From assembly GCA_965205215.1 (NCBI GenBank), contig OZ242041.1:768001-832000 (forward strand): DNA of 64,000 nt, in the 5' to 3' direction. Numbering within the stretch: position 1 is the first letter of the stretch; each line of letters begins with the position of its first letter. Positions 41,329-50,135 of this stretch are shown piece after piece. The notes beneath the pieces are model-generated. The model saw nothing but the letters and a program-made list of their open reading frames with translations, ran no database searches and had not been told where the DNA came from. The translations under genes and the position numbers were made by a program. This DNA comes from Nitrosopumilus sp. GTDB taxonomy: Archaea; Thermoproteota; Nitrososphaeria; Nitrososphaerales; Nitrosopumilaceae.

Positions 41329-42531
41329 ATGCTGAAAACGACGCTACTCTTGATCACGGCAACCGTGCTGCTAGGGGGAATACTAATTGGATCGACTGAC
41401 GCCCACGCATACCTTGGGATTGACTCGACAGACAAGACAGTAAGTGTCAACGCTGACAAGGTCATAGACGCAAGCATCGCAACAAACGGCACGATTCCGA
41501 CTGACGGCAGCGCGGGCGCGTTCGGCTATGGCTTGATATACCTCGGGGCAGACGGCAACGCCGACCTGTCCAACATAATCGTCAGCACGACCCATGCGGG
41601 CGTCCGGGACAGCGAGGCGCAGAGCAGCGCAAGCGATCCAATATTCCACAACCACTACGTGTCCCTGACCAACAACCAGAACGACGCCAAGTGCCCGGGA
41701 CTGGAGGTGGTGGACATTACGTTCCAGCAGCCCGGCAGCACCAGCGTGTCCGGCAATACTGTGAGCCTTGCCGACGTGCCGTTCGTCTTTGAGGGTACGC
41801 ACAGCCTGAGCAGCGCGGACGTGTCGTTTGACGCATCTGGGCATGTTGCCAAGGCCGTGTCATTTACCATCAACCCGGTGGACGCGACCGGCGCGACCAG
41901 CGTCACCGACATACAGGCAGTATGCATAAACGACGTCTCCCTGCAAGATCCGACCGACGTTGCAACCCACCTGCTGATATCCGCTCCGCGAACCGTTGTT
42001 ACATCCGACAGCCTGGCCTCCGCATCCATTGCAGCCGGCGAGGCGATTCCGACTGACGGCAGCGCGGGCGCGTTCGGCTATGGCTTGATATACCTCGGGG
42101 CAGACGGCAACGCAGACCTGTCCAACATAATCGTCAGCACGACCCATGCGGGCGTCCGGGACAGCGAGGCGCAGAGCAGCGCGAGCGATCCGGTATTCCA
42201 CAACCACTACGTGTCCCTGACCAACAACCAGAACGACGCCAAGTGCCCGGGACTGGAGGTGGTGGACATTACGTTCCAGCAGCCCGGCAGCACCAGCGTG
42301 TCCGGCAATACTGTGAGCCTTGCCGACGTGCCGTTCGTCTTTGAGGGCACGCACAGCCTGAGCAGCGCGGACGTGTCGTTTGACGCATCTGGGCATGTTG
42401 CCAAGGCCGTGTCATTTACCATCAACCCGGTGGACGCGACCGGCGCGACCAGCGTCACCGACATACAGGCAGTATGCATAAACGACGTCTCCCTGATAGA
42501 TCCGCTGAGAAGCGCGCCCATGTGCAGATAG
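41329..42531 (+). CDS. secreted protein with two near-identical domains (552-bp period)
   Basis: signal peptide ending AHA; IPTDGSAGAFGYG...HNHYV...CPGLEV...VCIND duplicated. Confidence 0.85.
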   Translation: MLKTTLLLITATVLLGGILIGSTDAHAYLGIDSTDKTVSVNADKVIDASIATNGTIPTDGSAGAFGYGLIYLGADGNADLSNIIVSTTHAGVRDSEAQSSASDPIFHNHYVSLTNNQNDAKCPGLEVVDITFQQPGSTSVSGNTVSLADVPFVFEGTHSLSSADVSFDASGHVAKAVSFTINPVDATGATSVTDIQAVCINDVSLQDPTDVATHLLISAPRTVVTSDSLASASIAAGEAIPTDGSAGAFGYGLIYLGADGNADLSNIIVSTTHAGVRDSEAQSSASDPVFHNHYVSLTNNQNDAKCPGLEVVDITFQQPGSTSVSGNTVSLADVPFVFEGTHSLSSADVSFDASGHVAKAVSFTINPVDATGATSVTDIQAVCINDVSLIDPLRSAPMCR

Positions 42532-42685
42532 TAACGCACTAGACTTGCGCAATGGCGGCGCGCCGTCCAGATTTTATTCTGCCTCAAAGCCCCTTGAAAT
42601 GAACACAGGTGGGGCGGAAAACTCCCGATTGGGAGGCGCCGGTCCCAGTGCAACAAATTTTAACCGCAAGTGGACGTGTCTTCCT

Positions 42686-42769
42686 GCAGAGGTCGCCTAG
42701 TTCGGTAGGGCGCGGGCCTTGAGAGCCTGTGTGCGAAAGCACGCGGGGGTTCAAATCCCTCTCTCTGCG
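42686..42769 (+). tRNA. tRNA-Ser(TGA)
   Basis: GCAGAGG...CGGGC CTTGAGA GCCTG, variable stem GTGC-GAAA-GCAC, G73. Confidence 0.93.
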
Positions 42770-42885
42770 CTAATTGTTGCTGCCATTGCCGTTATGGACT
42801 TGACGCGTCCGCCTTACAGTATGTTCATAGCACTGGCATGCCTATAAGATGACCCGTACGCCAGTCCCGAGCGCCGCGCGCCCGC

Positions 42886-43860
42886 CTACTTGCCGGCCCC
42901 GAGCGCCGCGAGCTCCGCGAGCATGGCGGCGAGCTGCACCTCCGGGTTTGCGCCAGACAGTATGCGGTAGTCGTACTCGGCGACCACCCTCAGCATGGCG
43001 CCGAGGTTCTCGGCGCCGGCCGACCTCACAACGGCGGCGCTCGCGTACTTTACAAAGTCCGACTCCGACATGCCGTACACGCGGGTCAGCTCTATCATCT
43101 TCTCGCGCGCACCCGCGACGTCCCCCGCCACGGCCGACGCGAGTATCTTGTCCACGTCTGAGACCTTTGAGAGCCCGGCCGCCGCCTCTATCCCCTCCGG
43201 CGTGACCGCCCTGTCCTTGCCCGCGGCGGCCTGCATGATGTTGATGGCGTGCCTCATGTCGCCGCCCGCATACCCGTATACGGCCTCCAGCCCGTCCTTT
43301 TTGGCGCTCACGCCCTCCTTCTTGGCGATGTGCGCCAGCCTTGCAACGACGTCCTCCCTAGAGACCGCCGTAAACTTGAAGGTCGCAAACCTGCTCTGTA
43401 TGGGCTCGATTATCTTCGATATGTTGTTTGCAATCATGATGAACCTGCACGTGCGCGACGCGTCCTCTATGATGCGGCGCAGCGCGGTCTGCGCGTCGGA
43501 CGTCATCTCGTCGGCCTCATCCAGTATCACTATCTTGAAGGGCACCTCGCTGATGCCCGCAAACCGGGAGTAGCGCTTTATCTTGTCCCTGACCATCCCA
43601 ATGCCGCGCTCGTCTGACGCGTTCAGCTCAAGCGTGTGGTCCCTGTAGTGCTTGCCCAGCACCTGCCTTGCTATGCACAGCGCGGTGGTCGTCTTGCCCA
43701 CGCCGGCAGAGCCCGAGAAGAGCAGGTGCGGCATCTCTGACGGGTTCTTGAGCAGGGCCTCCAAACTCTTGATTATCTCCGACTGGTTCACCACGTCTGC
43801 AAGCTTTGCGGGCCTGTACTTTTCGACCCACATGCCCGCGGCAGCCTCGCCCAGTGACAT
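42886..43860 (-). CDS. rfcS: replication factor C small subunit
   Basis: WVEKYRP, GVGKTT, ELNASDERG, LDEAD. Confidence 0.95.
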   Translation of the reverse strand: MSLGEAAAGMWVEKYRPAKLADVVNQSEIIKSLEALLKNPSEMPHLLFSGSAGVGKTTTALCIARQVLGKHYRDHTLELNASDERGIGMVRDKIKRYSRFAGISEVPFKIVILDEADEMTSDAQTALRRIIEDASRTCRFIMIANNISKIIEPIQSRFATFKFTAVSREDVVARLAHIAKKEGVSAKKDGLEAVYGYAGGDMRHAINIMQAAAGKDRAVTPEGIEAAAGLSKVSDVDKILASAVAGDVAGAREKMIELTRVYGMSESDFVKYASAAVVRSAGAENLGAMLRVVAEYDYRILSGANPEVQLAAMLAELAALGAGK

Positions 43861-44000
43861 GGCGCGCGTGCGGCGATCCCATTAATAAACTCAGGATCGG
43901 TTCCCGCCATCAAGGCCGGCCATATGCAACGGTAAAGTACGGTATTTATATGGGGCCGCACGGCCGTTACCGCACATGATGGATAAATACAGACTTTGTA

Positions 44001-44642
44001 ATGGTGGGCCAAATGAGCGTCGATAAGGTTGGCCAGATACACGCAGTCGAGTACGGGCTTGAGGAGGTCGAGTTTGAGGCCGGCAGCGACTTCAAGGTGA
44101 GGGTCGGGGGGATAGACGTCGTCGCGCGCCGCGGCGAGACGACCAGGGTGCCCTACTGGGCCGGGCTGGTGCTTGAGAAGAACAAGCTGGGAAGCATGAG
44201 GCTGCCTGACATGATAGCGGCGCTCAAGCAGGCGCTTGCAAAGGAGAGGATCGCCGGCTCCCGCGCGTTCCAGGCGCTCGAGCCGCTGTTCTACGTAAAG
44301 CTAAAGGCGGCCATGAGGCATCTTGAGGGGCGCGACTACGACAGGGTGTACGACATGCTCCTGGAGCTGTTCCGCATGCGCAACGCCAAGATCGTCTCAA
44401 AGGCAAGCTCCATGAAGCTGAGCGCGGACATGAAGTCAAAGCTGACCGTCGAGGAGCAGGCGTTCTACAGCGTGGTGCACCGCACGTGCGCCGAGTTCGA
44501 GGAGCAGATAACGGCCGTATCGTCTGACGGCATGGGCGACATGGAGGTCGTGCGCGAGGAGGAACCGGAACAGGGCCGGACGCCCGGCGGCAGCGCAGCA
44601 ACAACAGCGGCAGCGGCAGCGGGGGGTGAGCAGCGGCAGTGA
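44001..44642 (+). CDS. GINS complex subunit (Gins23-like)
   Basis: VPYWAG..L, LTVEEQ.FY; directly upstream of mcm. Confidence 0.8.
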   Translation: MVGQMSVDKVGQIHAVEYGLEEVEFEAGSDFKVRVGGIDVVARRGETTRVPYWAGLVLEKNKLGSMRLPDMIAALKQALAKERIAGSRAFQALEPLFYVKLKAAMRHLEGRDYDRVYDMLLELFRMRNAKIVSKASSMKLSADMKSKLTVEEQAFYSVVHRTCAEFEEQITAVSSDGMGDMEVVREEEPEQGRTPGGSAATTAAAAAGGEQRQ

Positions 44643-46768
44643 GCGAACAGGACTCGGCCCAGATGGAACCGAGGGAAGAGGCCGACGACGGTTCGGGCTC
44701 CGAGTATACGAGCTCGGCGCTGTCCGACAAGGTCAAGCAGTTCCTGACCGGCTTCCAGGACCAAAACGGCGAGCGCAAGTACGTGAAGATGATAGACGAG
44801 ATGATGCCCCGGGAGACGCGGCACATCGTGGTGGACTACAACGACCTAATCGACGAGCGCGAGATTGCAGACATGTTCGTGCACAGCCCGGACCTCATAC
44901 TCGCCGCGTTCTCGAGGGCCATCTGGGAGATACTCCAGGTCCGCTTTTACGACTACGCGGAGCAGGTGGGCGAGGAGATCAGGGCGCGCATAAGCAACTA
45001 CCCGCTGATGCGCAGCCTCCGCAAGATAAACGCCGACACCATCGGCACGATGACCAGCGTGTCGGGCATGGTGGTCAGGGCGTCTGAGGTCAACCCGCTT
45101 GCAAAGGAGCTGGTGTACGCGTGCGGGGACGGCCACTACACCAAGATCGTGCAGATAAAGGGCATGGACACAAAGCCGCCCGCGGTATGCGACAACCCGG
45201 ACTGCAAGCTGCGCGACTTTGAGCTAAAGCCCGAGTCCTCAAAGTTCATCGACTTCCAGATACTCAGACTGCAGGAGCTGCCCGAGGACCTGCCGCCGGG
45301 CCAGCTGCCCGACTACATCGACATCATGGTAAAGCAGGATCTGGTCGACAACGCCAGGCCCGGCGACCGCGTCGCGCTCACGGGGCTCGTGCGCGTCGAG
45401 CAGGAGTCCGTCGCCGGCATCGCGAGGACGCGCAGCAGCCTGTACAGGCTGCGCCTGGAGGGCAACAACATAGAGTTCCTCGGCGGCCGCTCAAAGTCGT
45501 CGCGGAAGATAGAGCGCGAGTCGATATCGCCAGAAGACGAGAGGGCCATACTGGCGCTAAAGCAGGACCCGGACATATACGGCAGGCTGATCGAGTCGTT
45601 TGCCCCCCACATCAAGGGGCAGCACCTGATCAAGGAGGCCATCCTGCTGCTGATGGTCGGGTCCGTGCAGCGGGAGCGCGCGGACGGCAGCAAGATACGT
45701 GGCGACATCAACGTGTTCCTGGTCGGCGACCCCGGGACGGCAAAGTCCGAGATGCTAAAGTTCTGCTCCAGGACGGCCCCGCGGGGGCTGTACACGTCCG
45801 GGCGCGGCTCGACTGCCGCGGGGCTCACGGCCTCCGTGGTCAGGGACAAGACCGGCATCATGATGCTCGAGGCGGGCGCCGTCGTGCTGGGAGATCAGGG
45901 GATGGTCGCAATAGACGAGTTTGACAAGATGAGCGCGGAGGACAGGAGCGCGCTCCACGAGGTGATGGAGCAGCAGTCGGCAAGTATCGCAAAGGGCGGG
46001 ATCGTGGCCACCCTGAACGCGAGGACGTCGATACTGGCGGCCGCAAACCCGCTGTACGGCAGGTACGACCCGTTCCGCAACATTACGGAGAACATCAACC
46101 TGCCGATCCCGCTGCTCTCGAGGTTCGACCTGATATTCGTGGTCAGGGACCAGCCGTCGGAGGAGATGGACACGGAGATCGCGCAGCACGTCATAAAGCT
46201 GCACTCTTTGCAGGGGGCCGACACGGCCAATCTGGTCGACGCGGACATGCTGACGAAATATCTGGCGTACGCAAAGCGCTTCACCCCCAAGATGACAAAG
46301 GAGGCAGAGCAGCTGATTGTGGACTATTACATCAAGATGCGCAAGATGGCCCAGTCAGAGGACATGACGCCCGTAACCGCCAGGCAGCTTGAGGGGCTCA
46401 TACGCATATCGACTGCGCGCGCCCGGCTCCTGATGAAGGACATGATAGAGAAGGAGGACGCGGAGAGGGCCATATACCTGCTGGAGCAGATGCTCCAGGA
46501 TGCCGGCGTGGACGTCGACACGGGGGAGATCGACGTCGGGGTGCTGAGGGGCAGGCCCCGCAGCGAGGTCACAAAGATGCAGCTCTTCATGGACGTGCTG
46601 GGGCGCCTGTCCGGCGAGCAGAAGGAGCCGGTGGAGGAAAAGACGCTGGTCACCGAGCTGGAGAACACCGACAAGTTCACGGCCGACGAGGCGCGCAATT
46701 TTATTAAAAAACTCCACCGTGATGGAGTTATTTATGAGAATCGCTCCGGCTTTTACAGCAAGGCATGA
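44639..46768 (+). CDS. mcm: MCM replicative helicase
   Basis: GDPGTAKS, IDEFDKM, AAANP, SRFD. Confidence 0.97.
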   Translation: MSEQDSAQMEPREEADDGSGSEYTSSALSDKVKQFLTGFQDQNGERKYVKMIDEMMPRETRHIVVDYNDLIDEREIADMFVHSPDLILAAFSRAIWEILQVRFYDYAEQVGEEIRARISNYPLMRSLRKINADTIGTMTSVSGMVVRASEVNPLAKELVYACGDGHYTKIVQIKGMDTKPPAVCDNPDCKLRDFELKPESSKFIDFQILRLQELPEDLPPGQLPDYIDIMVKQDLVDNARPGDRVALTGLVRVEQESVAGIARTRSSLYRLRLEGNNIEFLGGRSKSSRKIERESISPEDERAILALKQDPDIYGRLIESFAPHIKGQHLIKEAILLLMVGSVQRERADGSKIRGDINVFLVGDPGTAKSEMLKFCSRTAPRGLYTSGRGSTAAGLTASVVRDKTGIMMLEAGAVVLGDQGMVAIDEFDKMSAEDRSALHEVMEQQSASIAKGGIVATLNARTSILAAANPLYGRYDPFRNITENINLPIPLLSRFDLIFVVRDQPSEEMDTEIAQHVIKLHSLQGADTANLVDADMLTKYLAYAKRFTPKMTKEAEQLIVDYYIKMRKMAQSEDMTPVTARQLEGLIRISTARARLLMKDMIEKEDAERAIYLLEQMLQDAGVDVDTGEIDVGVLRGRPRSEVTKMQLFMDVLGRLSGEQKEPVEEKTLVTELENTDKFTADEARNFIKKLHRDGVIYENRSGFYSKA

Positions 46769-49215
46769 CGAAGAAGAAGGGAAGGGAGCCCGGAGGAGGG
46801 GATTCTCGCGTATCCGGGCTTGGCGCGGTACCGGCCAGCGCCAGAAAGTTTCTCGAGTCGCGCGGGTTTGCGGACCTGTACCCGCCGCAGGCCGCGGCCG
46901 TCGAATCTGGGTTGCTTGACGGTAAGAGCCTGCTCGTCTCGGCGCCCACCGCAAGCGGCAAGACACTCGTAGCAACGCTTGCCATCCTGTCTCACCTGGC
47001 GCGCGGCGGCGGGCGCGTGGTGTACCTGAGCCCGCTCCGGGCGCTCGCGGCAGAAAAGTACGACGAGTTCGCGGCCCTCTCCGGGGTAAAGGTGTCGGGG
47101 GCCGGATGGCGTGGGAGGCTCCAAGCGCTGCGGCAGCAGCAGCAGCAGGACGGGGCCGCGCGGACAGACGCCGCAATCACGACTGCCCGCTTGACCGGCG
47201 AGCGGGGGGCCGCGGCCGCCTCCCGGGGCCCCGTGAAGATCGACGACGCGGACATCGTGGTGGCCACAAACGAGGCCATGGACGCGGCCATGCGCCGCGG
47301 ACGGGAGTGGACGCAGGAGATAGGCCTGATGATAATCGACGAGATACACCTCATCGGCGACGAGTCGCGGGGCCCGACGCTGGAGATGATACTGACGCAG
47401 CAAATACAGCAGCAGCAACAACAACAACAGCAGCAGCGCGAGAAGCAGCACCAAAAGAGTTCACCTCCGCCCAAAATGCAGATCGTCGGCCTGAGCGCCA
47501 CCGTCAGCAACGACGAGGAGATCGCCGAGTGGCTCGGCTGCACGCTGGTCCGCAGCACGTGGAGGCCCGTCCCGCTTGCGGAGGGCATCTGTGACGAGGC
47601 AGGCAGCGTCATGATGAACGACGGCCGCAGGTTCGAGGTCGGGATCGGTACAGAGGGGATGCCGGCGCGGCTGGGCATACACGCGGTGTCGGAGGGCGGC
47701 CAGAGCCTGGTGTTCGCGGCCACGCGGGCGAGCGCCAGGGCGACCGCGGTAAAGGCATCAAAGCGGATTGGCAAGCTGCTCTCAGACGACGAGAGGAGGG
47801 CGCTTGGAAAGATATCTTCAAGGATACTGCCCGCAAGGCTGAGAGCCGGCGCCACCACCACCGCGGTAGCAGCTCCTAAATCTACTGCTCCTTCTCCTTC
47901 TCCGCCTCCTGCCACCACCACCCCTGCATCCCCTCCCACGGAGCTCGAAAAGGATTTGGCCACGCTCGTCTCCACCGGCGTGGCGTTCCACCACGCGGGC
48001 CTCTCCGAGCGGCTCCGGGGCATAGTCGAGTCCGAGTTTCGCCGCGGCTCGATCAGGCTGCTTGCATCGACCCCCACCCTCGCGGCGGGGGTCAACCTAC
48101 CCGCAAGGCGAGTCGTCATAGCATCCGTCAGCCGCTACGACGCAAGGTACGGGTTCAACAGGCCCATCAGCGTGCTCGAGTACAAGCAGCTCTGCGGGAG
48201 GGCCGGCAGGCCCCAGTACGACAAGTACGGCGAGGCCGTCATATCCGCGACGGGCCCGCTGTACGAGCTCCTGGAGCGATACGTGGAAGGCGAGCCCGAG
48301 CCGCTGGAGTCCGGCATCATGGCCGAGAAGGCCATGCGCACGCACCTTTTGACCGTGGCCGTGCTGAACCCTGGAATCCGCCGGGACGACCTGCAGTCGT
48401 TCTTCTCCGCGACGCTCGGGGGGCTCCAGTACCCCGAGAGCGAGGTGGAGGACGCGGTCGGCACGGCGGTGGAGTTCCTGCTCGAGCACGGCATGATCGT
48501 CTCAAAGGGCGGGAGGTACGCGGCCACCTCCCTGGGGAGGAGGACCTCCGGCCTCTACGTGGATCCCGTAACGGCGTCGTACCTGCGCAACGTGGCCGGG
48601 GGCGCCCCGCGCGGCAGCGGCAAGCGCGCGCAGAGGCACACTCTCGGGTTCCTGCACGCGATCATATCCTGCGACGAGTTCAACCCTAGGCAGGACCTCC
48701 TGAAGAACCACTACCATTTCGCGGAGAGCCTGCTGTCGGGCCCGCACCGCTCGGAGCTGCTCTCCCCGGTGTACGCCGAGGAGTGCTCTCGGAGCCTGCT
48801 GGTGCTGCACGACTGGATGAACGAGCGCACGGACAGGGAGATAGAGACCGCATACAAGACGCAGTCCGGCGACCTGCACCGCATGACCGAGAGCGCGGCG
48901 TGGCTTGCATATGTGATGCGCGAGATGGCACGGGACGCGGGCCGCGACGACCTGCTGGCGGAGCTTGCCACCCTGCGCACTAGGCTGAGGTCGGGGATCA
49001 AGGAGGAGCTTGTGGAACTGGCGTCAATCCGGGGGGTGGGCAGGGTCAGGGCGCGCGCCATATATGACGCCGGGCTGCGGAGCATCTCCGACATCAGGGC
49101 CGCGTCCCCGGCCAGGCTTGCCACCATACGGCAGATAGGGCCCACCGTCGCAGAGTCGATAATGCGCTCGGTGTCGGGCAAGTCGGCGGGGTATGGCAGG
49201 AGGCGCGCGCCATGA
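46765..49215 (+). CDS. hel308: Ski2-like DEAD/H helicase Hel308
   Basis: PTASGKT, DEIH, LSAT, FHHAGL, TLAAGVNLP, GRAGRP, C-terminal HhH. Confidence 0.92.
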   Translation: MTKKKGREPGGGDSRVSGLGAVPASARKFLESRGFADLYPPQAAAVESGLLDGKSLLVSAPTASGKTLVATLAILSHLARGGGRVVYLSPLRALAAEKYDEFAALSGVKVSGAGWRGRLQALRQQQQQDGAARTDAAITTARLTGERGAAAASRGPVKIDDADIVVATNEAMDAAMRRGREWTQEIGLMIIDEIHLIGDESRGPTLEMILTQQIQQQQQQQQQQREKQHQKSSPPPKMQIVGLSATVSNDEEIAEWLGCTLVRSTWRPVPLAEGICDEAGSVMMNDGRRFEVGIGTEGMPARLGIHAVSEGGQSLVFAATRASARATAVKASKRIGKLLSDDERRALGKISSRILPARLRAGATTTAVAAPKSTAPSPSPPPATTTPASPPTELEKDLATLVSTGVAFHHAGLSERLRGIVESEFRRGSIRLLASTPTLAAGVNLPARRVVIASVSRYDARYGFNRPISVLEYKQLCGRAGRPQYDKYGEAVISATGPLYELLERYVEGEPEPLESGIMAEKAMRTHLLTVAVLNPGIRRDDLQSFFSATLGGLQYPESEVEDAVGTAVEFLLEHGMIVSKGGRYAATSLGRRTSGLYVDPVTASYLRNVAGGAPRGSGKRAQRHTLGFLHAIISCDEFNPRQDLLKNHYHFAESLLSGPHRSELLSPVYAEECSRSLLVLHDWMNERTDREIETAYKTQSGDLHRMTESAAWLAYVMREMARDAGRDDLLAELATLRTRLRSGIKEELVELASIRGVGRVRARAIYDAGLRSISDIRAASPARLATIRQIGPTVAESIMRSVSGKSAGYGRRRAP

Positions 49216-49254
49216 CGGCATCTTCGTAACGTGCAGCCGGGGACGCCCCCCTCG

Positions 49255-49710
49255 TCATCTTCCGTCCGCAAGGCATCTGCCGCTTTGTAAAAAGTCAATT
49301 ACCTGGTCGTGCGGGACGTCCAGCGCGTACGAAAACTCGGGGCCGCAGCCCGCGCTGACCTCTATCCCCTGGTGCAGGACGTTCTTTCTTACCGTCATTG
49401 AGATGCTTTGCGCGTCGCCGGTTTCCGAGGTGTACTGGACTACCCTCCATGCCATAAAATCGCCATAGTGGGAAGTGCCGTAATTCGGATATTCTTCAGT
49501 GAAGACCTTTACCTCTGGAATCCGTGCAAAGTCTTTTTCAACTGACTCCTCTGAGGGATCCGGCATTATGCTGGCAATCGTGCCAAAGGCAATCATAAAG
49601 AGAACCGGCCCCATGATGATTGCCGCCAATCCGGCCGGGACGGCGATGCCTATTATCAGCGGAATCTTGTACCTTGCCCTCAACACCCCGGTTAGGCCCG
49701 TCATGCCCAT
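49255..49710 (-). CDS. hypothetical membrane protein
   Basis: N-terminal hydrophobic segment, soluble domain with two Cys. Confidence 0.65.
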   Translation of the reverse strand: MGMTGLTGVLRARYKIPLIIGIAVPAGLAAIIMGPVLFMIAFGTIASIMPDPSEESVEKDFARIPEVKVFTEEYPNYGTSHYGDFMAWRVVQYTSETGDAQSISMTVRKNVLHQGIEVSAGCGPEFSYALDVPHDQVIDFLQSGRCLADGR

Positions 49711-49858
49711 AAAGAGTTCCGACCGGCCGCTACGTGCCGCAGTACTCACAGGGCCGCCAAGGCATGTGGTGGCCAAAACGGATGGTTCGACGCATGGCCG
49801 TCCGCCTCGGGGCGGACTGACTGCTGCGCGGCGCGGGGCATGCGTGACACAAGCAGAC

Positions 49859-49882
49859 GAAAAAAAAAGAAAAGAAAAGAAA
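49859..49882 (-). terminator. T-rich terminator downstream of the 32-aa ORF
   Basis: long A-rich run on + strand (T-rich on -). Confidence 0.5.
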
Positions 49883-49896
49883 TGTGCGGATGCCCG

Positions 49897-49995
49897 CTAC
49901 TCGCCTGAGAACTCTCGCACTATCCTCGGAAAGAAGATGGGCGGGGGCCTCTCACCCCCCCGATGACTGTGCAATAGCGTGATCTGTTTCTGCAT
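49897..49995 (-). CDS. candidate 32-aa small protein
   Basis: MQKQITLLHSHRGGERPPPIFFPRIVREFSGE; AT-rich TATA-like region upstream, T-tract downstream. Confidence 0.45.
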   Translation of the reverse strand: MQKQITLLHSHRGGERPPPIFFPRIVREFSGE

Positions 49996-50135
49996 ACAGT
50001 CTGAATCCGTCTATAACTATTAAGTATCATTACCATACTATGCATAGTTTACATAATATTGTAAATACTCATACCTTGCGTGACATGTGGCTTCGTGACG
50101 GGACTCTTTTTAGCGTGCGGCGAGCTTGTGTCTGC

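Noticed and set aside
44639-46768. Intein in MCM (also checked RFC and aIF5B)
   Set aside because: Lengths and motif spacing are normal; no intein termini seen
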